A stretch of DNA of 62,014 bases, the filler included. It is 5 parts of 5 records of this genome, joined end to end, with 100 filler letters (N's around TTAATTAATTAA, not from the genome) between each part and the next. Parts side by side here need not be neighbours in the genome. Positions count along the whole stretch, not along the records: positions 9,199 to 28,143 come from SRR20825006_2746; positions 28,244 to 40,876 come from SRR20825006_2750; 3 more parts are not named here. One strand, given 5' to 3'. The notes under the pieces were generated by a model, which had not been told where the DNA came from, did not search any database, and saw nothing but the letters and a program-made list of their open reading frames with translations. Shown piece after piece: positions 20,179-30,385 of the stretch. A program made the position numbers and the translations under genes. Position 1 is the first letter of the stretch; each line of letters begins with the position of its first letter.

Positions 20179-20851
20179 ATTTAGCACTCCGGCGAATCAG
20201 GGTTTCTTTCCAAGCTTCTGACAAACTTTGGCATCCAGCCAACCGAAGATCCGCCATCGCGTCGCGAGGTTTTGCAAACAAAATATTGTTGGCCACATCG
20301 ACGGTGAACTCAGGGTGAGGCCGCTGAATCAACTTCAACGTTTGGCCGGCCTGCACTTTCCCACTATGCAATACCCGCATGTACCATCCGGTCCGCCGCG
20401 TTGCTTGTACTCGCACCGCCAACTTAGGGAGGCCCCAACGCTGAGACAACTTCCAACACGGCTCTCGAGGCTGTGAAACTTGCAGGCGCAGACCATCAGC
20501 ATTCGCAGATTGGCACTCAAAAACGTCGCCAATGCAGACTTCTGACTCGAGCAATCCGGCAAGAGTCAGGTTTTCACCAAACGCACCGGACCCCCAATTG
20601 ATCTCAGAAAATTCATCTTTCCAAAATGAATAATGTGATTCGCAGTAGCCCAAAACTGCCTTGTCGACTCCGCCGTGATGGACCTTGTCCGCCTGTTCGT
20701 CTCCTTCGAGTCCCAATTCAGCAACGGGAACAGGTCCGGATACAACACTTTTTTCGATCGCGGAATTCCAGGGTCGATCTGGATCGCCATCTTTGAGAAA
20801 AGTCCGGCATGCCCCAATCTGAACAGAAACAATTCGCAACGAATCGCTCAT
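20168..20851 (-). CDS. MOSC domain protein (YiiM-like, with 3-alpha domain)
   Basis: GLEGDEQAD..HHGGVDKAV, GAFGENLT, VSQPREPCWKL, RTGWYMRV. Confidence 0.9.
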   Translation of the reverse strand: MSDSLRIVSVQIGACRTFLKDGDPDRPWNSAIEKSVVSGPVPVAELGLEGDEQADKVHHGGVDKAVLGYCESHYSFWKDEFSEINWGSGAFGENLTLAGLLESEVCIGDVFECQSANADGLRLQVSQPREPCWKLSQRWGLPKLAVRVQATRRTGWYMRVLHSGKVQAGQTLKLIQRPHPEFTVDVANNILFAKPRDAMADLRLAGCQSLSEAWKETLIRRSAKYVS

Positions 20852-20989
20852 CGCGAGCCCCCTCTTGCACACGGCAACAATCATTGTCGGTAATCTGTCC
20901 GGCAACCCACCTTGGACGTGATGCCCTTCGCCCAATAGCTTGGCCCTATCCTACCGTTTGATCCCTTCCTCTTCGATCCGTCTACTGCC

Positions 20990-22723
20990 ATGAATCCCAA
21001 TCTCGACCGTGACCCAACCCAATTGAGATCTCATCGTTGGTTCGGCCGTGACGACTTACGTTCCTTTGGCCACCGTTCTCGCCTGAAAGGGATGGGTTTC
21101 GACGACATTGACTATCGTGACCGTCCCGTTGTCGCGATTCTGAATACTTGGAGCGAATTGAACACATGTCACTCACATTTTCGCGATCGAGCCGATGAAG
21201 TTCGCCGCGGCATCTTGCAATCCGGCGGTTTTCCCGTCGAAGTGCCGGTGATGTCGCTTGGTGAAATGATGATGAAACCCACGACGATGCTTTATCGCAA
21301 CTTGCTCGCGATGGAAGTCGAAGAAGTCTTGCGGTGCCATCCGATCGACGCGGCGGTATTGATGGGTGGATGCGACAAAACAGTTCCCGCCATGTTGATG
21401 GGCGCGATCAGTGCGGACATCCCCAGCCTCTTTCTGCCCGCCGGTGCGATGCTGCGTGCTCGTTGGAAAGATCAAACGCTCGGCAGCGGCAGCGACGCGT
21501 GGAAGTATTGGGACCAACGTCTCGCAGGCAACCTTTGTGATCGAGATTGGAACCAAGTCGAAAACTGCATCGCCGCATCAGCCGGCACTTGCATGACGAT
21601 GGGAACGGCCAGCACGATGGCCTGTGTCGCCGAAGCGATGGGATGGACACTTCCATCCGCAGCCACCATCCCCGCCGTGATGGCCGACCACTCACGACTC
21701 GCCGTCGCAACAGGTCGCCGTGCCGTTGAAATGGCGTGGGAACAACTCAAACCCAGCGAGTTCTTCAACTCACGCAGCATCGACAATGGACTGACCACGT
21801 CGCTGGCCATCGGCGGCAGCACCAATGCGATCGTGCACCTGATCGCCATCGCGGGCCGGCTCGGCGAAACACTCACGCTCGATCGCTTCGACGAACTCTC
21901 TCGGCAAACGCCCGTTCTCGGTGACCTGCGTCCCGGCGGCCGTTTCCTGATGCAAGACTTCTTCGAAGCCGGCGGACTGCCCGCGCTCCTGCAGCGTCTT
22001 CGCGACCTGCTGAATCTGGATTGTAAAACCGTCGCGGGATCAACACTCGGTGAACAAATTGCCGAAGCAGAAGTCCACGACAACGAAGTCATCCGGACTC
22101 GTGAAAACCCGGTCTCTCCAGCGGGAGGTGTCTGTTTGCTGCGTGGCAACCTGGCCCCGTCGGGCTGCGTGATCAAATCCATCGCGGCCAGCAAAAAGTT
22201 GCTGCACCATCGTGGCAAAGCCGTCGTGTTCAACAACTATCCGGAGATGAAAGAACGGATCAACGATCCTGATTTGGAGGTGGATGAAAACAGTGTGTTG
22301 ATACTGCGTTCGGCTGGTCCGCTGGGTGCCCCCGGTTTTCCGGAATGGGGCATGTTGCCGATTCCAAAGAAGCTATTGCAATCCGGTGTCACCGACATGG
22401 TCCGCATGAGCGACGCCCGCATGAGCGGAACCAGCTACGGAACCTGCGTGCTTCACATCGCCCCAGAAAGCGCCGCGGGAGGACCGTTGTCATTGGTCGA
22501 AACCGGCGATGAGATTGAAATCAATGTTCCCGAACGGTCCATCCACTGGCACATCGACGATGACGAATTGGCTCGTCGCAAAGCGAACCAGCCTGGCGCC
22601 GCACCCGAACCCACTCGCGGATACATGAAGCTCTATGCGAAACATGTGACCCAAGCCGACCAGGGGTGCGACTTCGACTTCCTCGCCGGACGCTCCCCCG
22701 GCGAAGAACCCGCCATCCATTGA
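20990..22723 (+). CDS. IlvD/Edd-family sugar-acid dehydratase (L-arabinonate dehydratase-like)
   Basis: LRSHRWFG...FGHRSR, NTCHSH, MGGCDKT, GTCMTMGTASTM, PEWGMLPIP, SDARMSGT, EPAIH. Confidence 0.88.
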   Translation: MNPNLDRDPTQLRSHRWFGRDDLRSFGHRSRLKGMGFDDIDYRDRPVVAILNTWSELNTCHSHFRDRADEVRRGILQSGGFPVEVPVMSLGEMMMKPTTMLYRNLLAMEVEEVLRCHPIDAAVLMGGCDKTVPAMLMGAISADIPSLFLPAGAMLRARWKDQTLGSGSDAWKYWDQRLAGNLCDRDWNQVENCIAASAGTCMTMGTASTMACVAEAMGWTLPSAATIPAVMADHSRLAVATGRRAVEMAWEQLKPSEFFNSRSIDNGLTTSLAIGGSTNAIVHLIAIAGRLGETLTLDRFDELSRQTPVLGDLRPGGRFLMQDFFEAGGLPALLQRLRDLLNLDCKTVAGSTLGEQIAEAEVHDNEVIRTRENPVSPAGGVCLLRGNLAPSGCVIKSIAASKKLLHHRGKAVVFNNYPEMKERINDPDLEVDENSVLILRSAGPLGAPGFPEWGMLPIPKKLLQSGVTDMVRMSDARMSGTSYGTCVLHIAPESAAGGPLSLVETGDEIEINVPERSIHWHIDDDELARRKANQPGAAPEPTRGYMKLYAKHVTQADQGCDFDFLAGRSPGEEPAIH

Positions 22724-22733
22724 TCCAATGCGA

Positions 22734-24734
22734 TCACAGCGAAGGAATTGACATCCCCGAACCGCCACCCGATCGAGTCATCGGCATGCGTGGGACACCA
22801 ACCCGAGGTGTCGGTTTGGGGATCGAACGAGCCTGGACTTCAATTCCAAACGGTTTCTCCAGTTCCCAATTCGCAAGCTTCGCCCACGGCGTGTCGGAAT
22901 GCCTGCTGGCACACTCGTTCAACATTTGAGTGGCTTGCTCAGCCAGCGCCGCACCGCGAGAGGTGCTCATTCGATATGAAGGCATGAAATTCACCATGTT
23001 CGTATCAGGTTGAATGAATTCACTCGCTGATTCACACGCCGCGATGTATTCGTGATACCGAGCCATTGCCGCCAAGGTTCTTCCGCGTGCCAAAATGAAT
23101 GCGGCCCGCCAACGTTCGGTCTCTTCCCCGCGAAGCAGTTCTTGCCAATTGTGCGTCTTCGATTCCGACAACAACGCATCGAGTGAGTTCAACGCGTCTT
23201 CACTCTTTGACCGCTCCCGTTTGATCCGATTACCAAATTGCGTTCGGAAAGCAGATGGCGTCAAATACATTGCGGTGAATTGCATTGGATTGATCGCAGA
23301 CCGCTCGCCCATGAACAACATCCGGGGTGCAGCAAACCGCTCTTTCTCTCGCATCGTCAAATCTGCGGCCTGCACCACAAATGATCGCAGCAAACTATCG
23401 CGAGCCGACATCCGGATGTCCGTCTCGGAACGATAACTTGGCATGTACTGACGCAACTTCTCAACGTCGTATTGATCCGAGACGCCATCATCGTAAAGAG
23501 TGAACGTTCCGCCGGTTTGCAACGCCAATCGAGTCAGTCCGTAGGGACCAAACCCCGACAAGACGCGTTCGCGATAGGCGGTTCCATACGACGGCAATGC
23601 AGCCACCGGTTGCACCTTCACCAATTGCAGTTCAACGTCCGCCTCATGCCAGTACGGCAAAAAGATTCGCTGAGGCACCGCCGACTCGGGACCACGATCA
23701 ACCGTCAAATAGAATTCCGCACCACCTCGTTGGCCGGACGCCCATCGCTGCAATCCTTTTTGCATCCCCATCACCGCGGTTGGCCCGAGAACATGCACCA
23801 CCGCTTTGGCTTCGCGACAATTCGCAATCGTGTACTCCAGCTTTTGAACATCGTCGCCAGACTCATCCGTCAACAAAACCACCATCAATCGTTCTTTGCG
23901 TTTCGCTTTGTAACGGTAGTGGTTCAGAACGTTGTCGACCGCCGTCATCGTGTTCTCGATGCCGCTTGAATCGACGGGAACCCGCGTCATCGCGTCAATC
24001 GCATTGACACCAACCAGCGATGGAGGCGAAACCTCATTGATCCCTTTGCCAAACGCAACGACACTGCTGAACAACCGATGCCGCTCAATTCCATCCGACG
24101 TGTCAGGTCGCGACAACGCGCCGATCTCGTCATAGAACTCGCGAATTCGCCGGGCCATCCGGTCGCGGTTGAGTTGCAAGCTGATGGAAGCATCCAGCAA
24201 CCAAACAACCAACGTGTCGCCTTGTTTCAACTCACCGCGAATCGCATTTTCGATCGACTGGGTCGCCGATTCGATCCCATCGGCTGAGCCAATTTGCTGA
24301 GTTGTCGAGACGATTCGTTCGGCTGGCGCACCACCTGTTTCCGCCATCATTTTTCGAATCGATGCCAGCCGAGTCTCGGGTGTCGACTGTAGCATTTCCA
24401 ACGAAGAGGCCTGCAAGCCCGCTAAGGCCGGCATCAATTCGGGCAACTCAACTTCCGTCAACTCTGATGTTGACGAAGTCTCGACCGGCTCCTCTTCAAA
24501 TTCGGAATCACCCAAGTCCGGCATTTCGAGCGACGCGATCGGCATCAGAGAGAATGCCGCGTCCTGTTCACCCAAATCTGCGAAACTTGCGGTGATCAAT
24601 TGACCTTCGCGATCCATCCAGTCGGGAAAGACCCACAGCCCCATCACCAGCAACGCGGCGGTGTGAAAGATCATCGATATCAACCAAGGATGATCTTTCA
24701 GGTGCAATCGGATCTCTGCCAACGTGTCACGCAT
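22734..24734 (-). CDS. Membrane-anchored vWA domain protein (planctomycete type)
   Basis: N-terminal TM (SMIFHTAALL), acidic linker, MIDAS-like WLLDASISL and LLTDESGDD. Confidence 0.8.
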   Translation of the reverse strand: MRDTLAEIRLHLKDHPWLISMIFHTAALLVMGLWVFPDWMDREGQLITASFADLGEQDAAFSLMPIASLEMPDLGDSEFEEEPVETSSTSELTEVELPELMPALAGLQASSLEMLQSTPETRLASIRKMMAETGGAPAERIVSTTQQIGSADGIESATQSIENAIRGELKQGDTLVVWLLDASISLQLNRDRMARRIREFYDEIGALSRPDTSDGIERHRLFSSVVAFGKGINEVSPPSLVGVNAIDAMTRVPVDSSGIENTMTAVDNVLNHYRYKAKRKERLMVVLLTDESGDDVQKLEYTIANCREAKAVVHVLGPTAVMGMQKGLQRWASGQRGGAEFYLTVDRGPESAVPQRIFLPYWHEADVELQLVKVQPVAALPSYGTAYRERVLSGFGPYGLTRLALQTGGTFTLYDDGVSDQYDVEKLRQYMPSYRSETDIRMSARDSLLRSFVVQAADLTMREKERFAAPRMLFMGERSAINPMQFTAMYLTPSAFRTQFGNRIKRERSKSEDALNSLDALLSESKTHNWQELLRGEETERWRAAFILARGRTLAAMARYHEYIAACESASEFIQPDTNMVNFMPSYRMSTSRGAALAEQATQMLNECASRHSDTPWAKLANWELEKPFGIEVQARSIPKPTPRVGVPRMPMTRSGGGSGMSIPSL

Positions 24735-26308
24735 CAGTCGAGCGCTCGAAGAGGGAATTGTTCGCTAGGAACGTGCTGTTGTTTGGCGATGGCTTCGATC
24801 TTGGCCATCACATCGGGATGCGATGCGCTCACGTCGTTTGACTCTGCCAAATCCTTCGACAAGTCATACAGAGCAAACGCCGGAGGTTCGGTTTGCCCCT
24901 TCTTGAGTCGTTTGGAAAGGTCTTTGCGGATCGCTTTCCAGTTCCCCATCCGGACCGCTTGTTGACCGCTGTAACCTGGGAATTCCCAGTACAGAAATTC
25001 GTGGTTCTGTTGAGCGGCATCGTCACCGTGAAGCAATGGCAAGAAGGAGATCCCATCCGTCGTGCTCGCATCCACTTCGACACCAGCCGCGTCGGTGATC
25101 GTCGGCAAGAAATCCCACCACGCACCGATCCAATCAGAAGTTCGGCCAGCCGGAACAACACCGGTTTGGCGAGCGATCATCGGCACTCGAATCCCGCCTT
25201 CATCGAGTTGCCCCTTCAATCCTTTCATGCCGGACGCTGAGTTGAAGTAGTCGCTGTCCGATCCACCCAACCGATCGTAAGTGGGACCGTTGTCCGATGT
25301 GAACATGATCAACGTGTTCTCACCCAAGCCTAATGAATCCACCAGGTCGACGATCTGGCCCACACCTTCATCCATTCGTGTCACCATCGCGGCATAACCC
25401 GCGCGTGGTCGAGGGTGTTTCAGATAACCGTGATGCTCATAGTCGGCTTCTTCGATCACGCCTTCGTACGCATCGACCTCTTCCTCTGGAACTTGAATCG
25501 AAAGGTGAGGCACCGCGAATGGGAGGTAAGCGAAGAAAGGTTGCGTCTTGTCTTCGGCGACACTTTGACGGATGAATTCACAGGCTTCGTTGACAAACTG
25601 ATCTTGCGAATACGTCTCGCCGTGCAACGTGCGATCATTCCCGGGCTGAACTTCTTTGACTCGGTTCCGCCACAGAAAATTCGGGTAGTGATTGTGTGCG
25701 TGACGCTGGCAATTGAACCCATAAAACAGATCGAAGCCTTGTTCGTTTGGATCGCCCGTGGTTCCGAAATGTCCCAGCCCCCATTTTCCAAACGCACCCG
25801 TGCGATAGCCAACTGATTTCAGATATTCCGCAATCGTGACTTCATCGACGGGGAGCGGGTACTGACCGGGGAATTCGAGCTTCAGTGCTTCTCGAACGGC
25901 AGGATCAATCTTGGGATCACCGTTGTTTCGAACGTGTGCGTGACCAGGGTGCTTCCCCGTCATCAAACAACAACGACTCGGCGCGCACACCGCATTGCCG
26001 GAATAGAAATTAGTCAGCTTGATTCCCTCGGCAGCCAACTGATCCAGTCGAGGCGTCCGAATCTTGGTTTGCCCATAGCACCCCAGTTCGCCATAGCCCA
26101 AATCATCGGCAACGATCAGCACAATGTTGGGGCGCGACGCGGTCGCGTCCTTTGCGATCGGCTCTTCGGCGGAAACCGTGGTCGAATCCAAGTTGGGAAC
26201 GCCCGCAACGCAGACGAGCAACAAGGCCCAACGGACCCATTTTCGAGAGGGCATCAAGACGGCTTGGTTCATGTTGTGCTTCAAGGTGTAAAAAGACTCG
26301 TGGTTCAT
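24734..26308 (-). CDS. Arylsulfatase (formylglycine-dependent, family S1)
   Basis: [29 protein letters not shown]; signal peptide; start could be 26308, 26272 or later. Confidence 0.92.
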   Translation of the reverse strand: MNHESFYTLKHNMNQAVLMPSRKWVRWALLLVCVAGVPNLDSTTVSAEEPIAKDATASRPNIVLIVADDLGYGELGCYGQTKIRTPRLDQLAAEGIKLTNFYSGNAVCAPSRCCLMTGKHPGHAHVRNNGDPKIDPAVREALKLEFPGQYPLPVDEVTIAEYLKSVGYRTGAFGKWGLGHFGTTGDPNEQGFDLFYGFNCQRHAHNHYPNFLWRNRVKEVQPGNDRTLHGETYSQDQFVNEACEFIRQSVAEDKTQPFFAYLPFAVPHLSIQVPEEEVDAYEGVIEEADYEHHGYLKHPRPRAGYAAMVTRMDEGVGQIVDLVDSLGLGENTLIMFTSDNGPTYDRLGGSDSDYFNSASGMKGLKGQLDEGGIRVPMIARQTGVVPAGRTSDWIGAWWDFLPTITDAAGVEVDASTTDGISFLPLLHGDDAAQQNHEFLYWEFPGYSGQQAVRMGNWKAIRKDLSKRLKKGQTEPPAFALYDLSKDLAESNDVSASHPDVMAKIEAIAKQQHVPSEQFPLRALD

Positions 26309-26472
26309 AATCACGTCGCGAAATCTCTGGCGACGCCTTCCCGCCTGCACCCCAGTGTCACCGTTTGAAATTCGCCAGTCAAATCACGAGGCGATCTCAC
26401 GCGAGATTTCATCGGAGCATCACCGCAATTCATCCCGAACGGGACTTGCGTCACCGTTGCGAACTTGCGATT

Positions 26473-27942
26473 TCAACGAGAGGCCGGCGTTTCTTCCGGC
26501 AGCTTCCATTCCGAAGGCGGCCAGGTTTCCGGAGCGGGCAATTGAGATTCCACGGCGGGGCCGACCAGCGAGGGGTATCGCTGCAGTGCCTGATCAAGCC
26601 GACTTCGCACGTTCTGATTTGCCACTGCCAGTGGAGTCGTTTCATTCGGATCGTTCGTCAAATCGAACAACTCACCCGCTTTCAGCTTCCAACGATCCGA
26701 GACAACCGTTTCCGCATCCAGCAAAATCGTTCGCTCCGGTGGCGAAGCCTTTCCAGACAGGAACGGCAACAGATTGATTCCGTCCGTTTCCTCTGGCGGT
26801 GGGCCTCCCGCAGCGGCAACCATGGTTGGCAACAGATCGACATAGCTGGTCACCGAGTCGTAGGCAATTCCCGCCGGAAGCTCGCGCGGCCAACGCATCA
26901 TCGCCACAACACGCACGCCGCCTTCCCAAGTCGTGAACTTGTTCCCACGCAGGGGCTCGTTGCTGCCACCATGCTTCGGATCGGCCCCGTTGTCACTGTG
27001 GAAAACGACCAACGTGTTTTCTCGCATCCCGTTCCGATCGATCGCATCCAAGATTCGACCGATCTGTCGATCCATCGCAGTCGTCATTGCCGCGAACGTT
27101 TGGCGAATTGAATTGCCCTTGCCTCGTTTGCCATAGTCCAACGCCTTTTCGCGTTTGGCAATTTTGCGATCCGTGTTCGGTGCGAGCTTGCCGGTGGGAT
27201 CAAATCCATATTCATCGAGATCAGACCGCAATGCTTGCAGTGGCGAGTGCGGAGCATTGAACGCCACGTAGGCATAAACCGGACCTGCGTTCGCGTTGCG
27301 ATCGATGAAATCAACAACAGCGTTGCCGACCGTTTCAGTCGAGTAGCCCTCTTCGTGCACGCTGTCAAAATCGCGATGCCAATCCAACTGGCCAAAACGT
27401 TCTCGACTGAAGTAATCGATCGCTCCGTTGTAGTGGCCATAGAACTCCGTCATCCCATGGTGAAGCGGATGAAACAAAGTCGACGCCAGTCCCAAGTGCC
27501 ACTTGCCAAACATCGCCCGATGATCGTAGCCCAGCTTCGACAAATGTTCCGGCGTCGTTTCGAGCTGCGGTGGCAGGCCGTGCTTCTTGGTTGGCGAGAC
27601 CACACCGCCCCAGATGCCGAAACGAAACGGGTACAAACCGGTCAGCACACCCGCCCGAGTCGGCGAGCAAATGGGAGTCACATAAAACCGATCGAGAGTC
27701 ACTGACTCGCTGGCAAGCCGATCGATGTTGGGTGTGCGGATTTCGCTGCCATGAAAGCCAACATCATTCCATCCCAAATCATCCGCAATGATGTGCACGA
27801 TGTGCGGCGGTTGGCTACCGCCATTGGTCTCTGCCGAAACATTCGCCCCAACGAAAGCAAAGCATGTCATGATCGCGAATGGAAACGCCATTTTCAGATC
27901 GCAAGCACAATGGCTGAAGAGACTTCGAATTCGATCCGCCAT
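26473..27942 (-). CDS. Arylsulfatase B-like sulfatase (family S1)
   Basis: PHIVHIIADDLGWND, CSPTR, GKWHLG, NAPHSP, HSDNG; start uncertain. Confidence 0.9.
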   Translation of the reverse strand: MADRIRSLFSHCACDLKMAFPFAIMTCFAFVGANVSAETNGGSQPPHIVHIIADDLGWNDVGFHGSEIRTPNIDRLASESVTLDRFYVTPICSPTRAGVLTGLYPFRFGIWGGVVSPTKKHGLPPQLETTPEHLSKLGYDHRAMFGKWHLGLASTLFHPLHHGMTEFYGHYNGAIDYFSRERFGQLDWHRDFDSVHEEGYSTETVGNAVVDFIDRNANAGPVYAYVAFNAPHSPLQALRSDLDEYGFDPTGKLAPNTDRKIAKREKALDYGKRGKGNSIRQTFAAMTTAMDRQIGRILDAIDRNGMRENTLVVFHSDNGADPKHGGSNEPLRGNKFTTWEGGVRVVAMMRWPRELPAGIAYDSVTSYVDLLPTMVAAAGGPPPEETDGINLLPFLSGKASPPERTILLDAETVVSDRWKLKAGELFDLTNDPNETTPLAVANQNVRSRLDQALQRYPSLVGPAVESQLPAPETWPPSEWKLPEETPASR

Positions 27943-28050
27943 GCCGATACCGTCTCCCACCACGCCAAAACAAATCCCATTGGCCCGCCGCCAATTCCTT
28001 TGCCCAGCAATATAGCAGCGAGACGTTGAGAGTTTCTTGATAGCCCCCAA

Positions 28051-28084
28051 CCGTTTCACCCTCCTAGCAAGAGGGTGAAGACGG
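28051..28084. repeat. Palindromic REP-like stem-loop
   Basis: CCGT-TTCACCCTC-7nt-GAGGGTGAA-G-ACGG near the contig end. Confidence 0.4.
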
Positions 28085-28143
28085 CTTGCCCGTTGAAGTG
28101 AGAAATGAGTGGTTGAGGTGGCCTGGGTTTTGGGGGCCACGCG

Positions 28144-28243
28144 NNNNNNNNNNNNNNNNNNNNNNNNNNNNNNNNNNNNNNNNNNNNTTAATTAATTAAN
28201 NNNNNNNNNNNNNNNNNNNNNNNNNNNNNNNNNNNNNNNNNNN
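28144..28243. other. Artificial contig linker
   Basis: N44-TTAATTAATTAA-N44. Confidence 0.98.
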
Positions 28244-29128
28244 CAGTTCGCGGGTGTCCTTGAACACGGTCGAGTACTGCTCGCCGGCGATGATTGCCTT
28301 GACCGAGGGGGTTTCAGCATCCTGGCCGGTGATGATCGGCCAAGACAGATCGCCCGAACCATAGCCAACGCCACGCAGCGAGGAAATGATACCGCGGCTC
28401 AGGCCGTCATAGGGAGCCAGCACGCCGTGGACGCGGCTGCCGTCCGAGTAGTTGGCGGAAAGGATGTTGTCCATGCGAGCCTGGGCGACAGCGCCGTCCC
28501 AACGCAGCGTACCGACCTGCTCCATGCCCTGCTGACCCGACTTGATGACGATGTCACCAGCGTCGATCAGCGGCTGCAGCACGGCCATGGCGCCGTCGTA
28601 GAAGAAGAAGGCATTGTTGTCGTCGGGCGAACCGCCGAACAGCTCGACATTCCAGGGCTTGGCATCGCCAAAGCGGGCTTCGAGACCCTTGACCAGGCTG
28701 TTGGCCTGAAGCACGCCCACCTGGAAGTTGTCGAAGGTGGTGTAGTAATCGACATTGGGGCTTTCGAGGATCAGACGGTCATAGGCGATGACCTTGACCC
28801 CCTGATCGGCAGCGTTCTGCAGCACGGCCGAAAGCGTTGTGCCATCGATCGAGGCCACGACGAGCGCCTTGACGCCCTTGGTCACCATGTTTTCGATCTG
28901 AGCAAGCTGGTTCGGAATGTCGTCTTCTGCATATTGCAGGTCGACAGTGTAGCCCATGCCCTCGAGGGCGGACTTGAGCTCGTTGCCGTCCGAGATCCAG
29001 CGCAGCGAGGACTGTGTCGGCATGGCGATACCGACCTGGCCCTTGTCCTGGGCAAAGGCGCCAGTGGCAGCAGAGGCGACCAGCGCACCCGCAGCGAACA
29101 GCGTCGCGATTGATTTGAGAACCTTCAC
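28244..29128 (-). CDS. chvE: Multiple-monosaccharide ABC transporter substrate-binding protein ChvE (3'-truncated)
   Basis: [72 protein letters not shown]. Confidence 0.92.
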
Positions 29129-29566
29129 GTCTCGACTCCCTAAAAACTTTCGAGATTGGTTGTTTATGGTCTTGTTGGTTCGGGAAAGTCAGGCAGTCCT
29201 GGCCCGACCAACAATGACGCAACCACAAGGCTGCACCATCGATCGCCGGCTGAAGCCGCGTCTGGAACAGGTCAACGCCCATAAGGGCCTTGCCTTCTGG
29301 AACTACTTGAAATCCTCCGGCACAGACGGCGTCCGCCGCCATGGACTCTCCCAAGCCCACGCGCTGGAAGCTAGAATAATCAGATAGGCGTGTAAAGCGC
29401 TGACGCGCCCGCCCATGTGTATTTTTCGACCATCGCAAAAAAATCCAGATCATATGGCGCGGTGCATGCGTGCATCGATAAATTCACAGCCAAGGCGTGA
29501 TCGTGAGTTGCAATGGCCCCCAAATGGGGTCACAAATCTGCCAAGTTATCTGATATGTTTGGACGC

Positions 29567-30328
29567 ATGAGACAGTCGAGAAGCGGGTCATTATCCCGGC
29601 AGGGAGGCGCTGCCGGCGAGGTTGCAGATGACCTTGCCCATGAAATCCTCACCGCGCTCACGCCGGGGGCCAGCCTGCCCAGCGAAGCCGAGCTTGCCAG
29701 CCGCTATGCGGTTAGCCGCCTGACCATCCGGGAAGCGGTCAAGCTGCTTGCCGGCCGGGGTCTGCTGGACATTGCGCGGGGCCGAAAAGCCGTGGTGCGA
29801 GAGCCTGATGGCACTGCCTTTTCAGACTTTCTGACATCACTGTTGCACAATGACTCCAAAAGCCTTTTCGACCTGATCGAAGTGCGGCTCTCACTCGAAG
29901 TGCAAAGCGCCACCCTGGCGGCCAAACGCGCCAATCGCGCGGGGATTGCAGCCATCGAAAGTGCGTTGCGCGGGATGCAGGACAATGCCGATGCGGCCAT
30001 TGCGGGAGACCCGGCGGCCGATCGCCGCTTCCACGATTTCGATGTGGGGTTTCATGAGGCCATCGCCCTGGCCAGTGGCAATCGCATCCTGGGCTATCTG
30101 TTCGAGGCGATGTCGGCCCAACTCAGACACGGTATCCAGATCAGCCGGCGCGGCCACGCCAATCGCGGGCACACGCTGCACGATACCATTGCATGGCATC
30201 AGCGGATCCTCGAAGCGATCCGGGCCGGCAATGCCCGCGCCGCTGGGGAAGCGATGCGCCAGCATCTGAAGGATACCGAAAACGACATCCGCAATGCGCT
30301 GTCCAATGTCGCGGATCAGCCGGCCTGA
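29567..30328 (+). CDS. GntR/FadR family transcriptional regulator
   Basis: LPSEAELA..YAVSRLTIREAV HTH and FCD domain (DVGFHEAIA); alternative start at 29513. Confidence 0.9.
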   Translation: MRQSRSGSLSRQGGAAGEVADDLAHEILTALTPGASLPSEAELASRYAVSRLTIREAVKLLAGRGLLDIARGRKAVVREPDGTAFSDFLTSLLHNDSKSLFDLIEVRLSLEVQSATLAAKRANRAGIAAIESALRGMQDNADAAIAGDPAADRRFHDFDVGFHEAIALASGNRILGYLFEAMSAQLRHGIQISRRGHANRGHTLHDTIAWHQRILEAIRAGNARAAGEAMRQHLKDTENDIRNALSNVADQPA

Positions 30329-30385
30329 TTGCCGCGGTTTTGAGATCTAGTCCGGATCAGGGCCAGTTGAGCAAATCGGACATGA

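Noticed and set aside
26473-29128. Sulfatases plus ChvE as one polysaccharide utilisation locus
   Set aside because: They are separated by an artificial linker and come from different organisms
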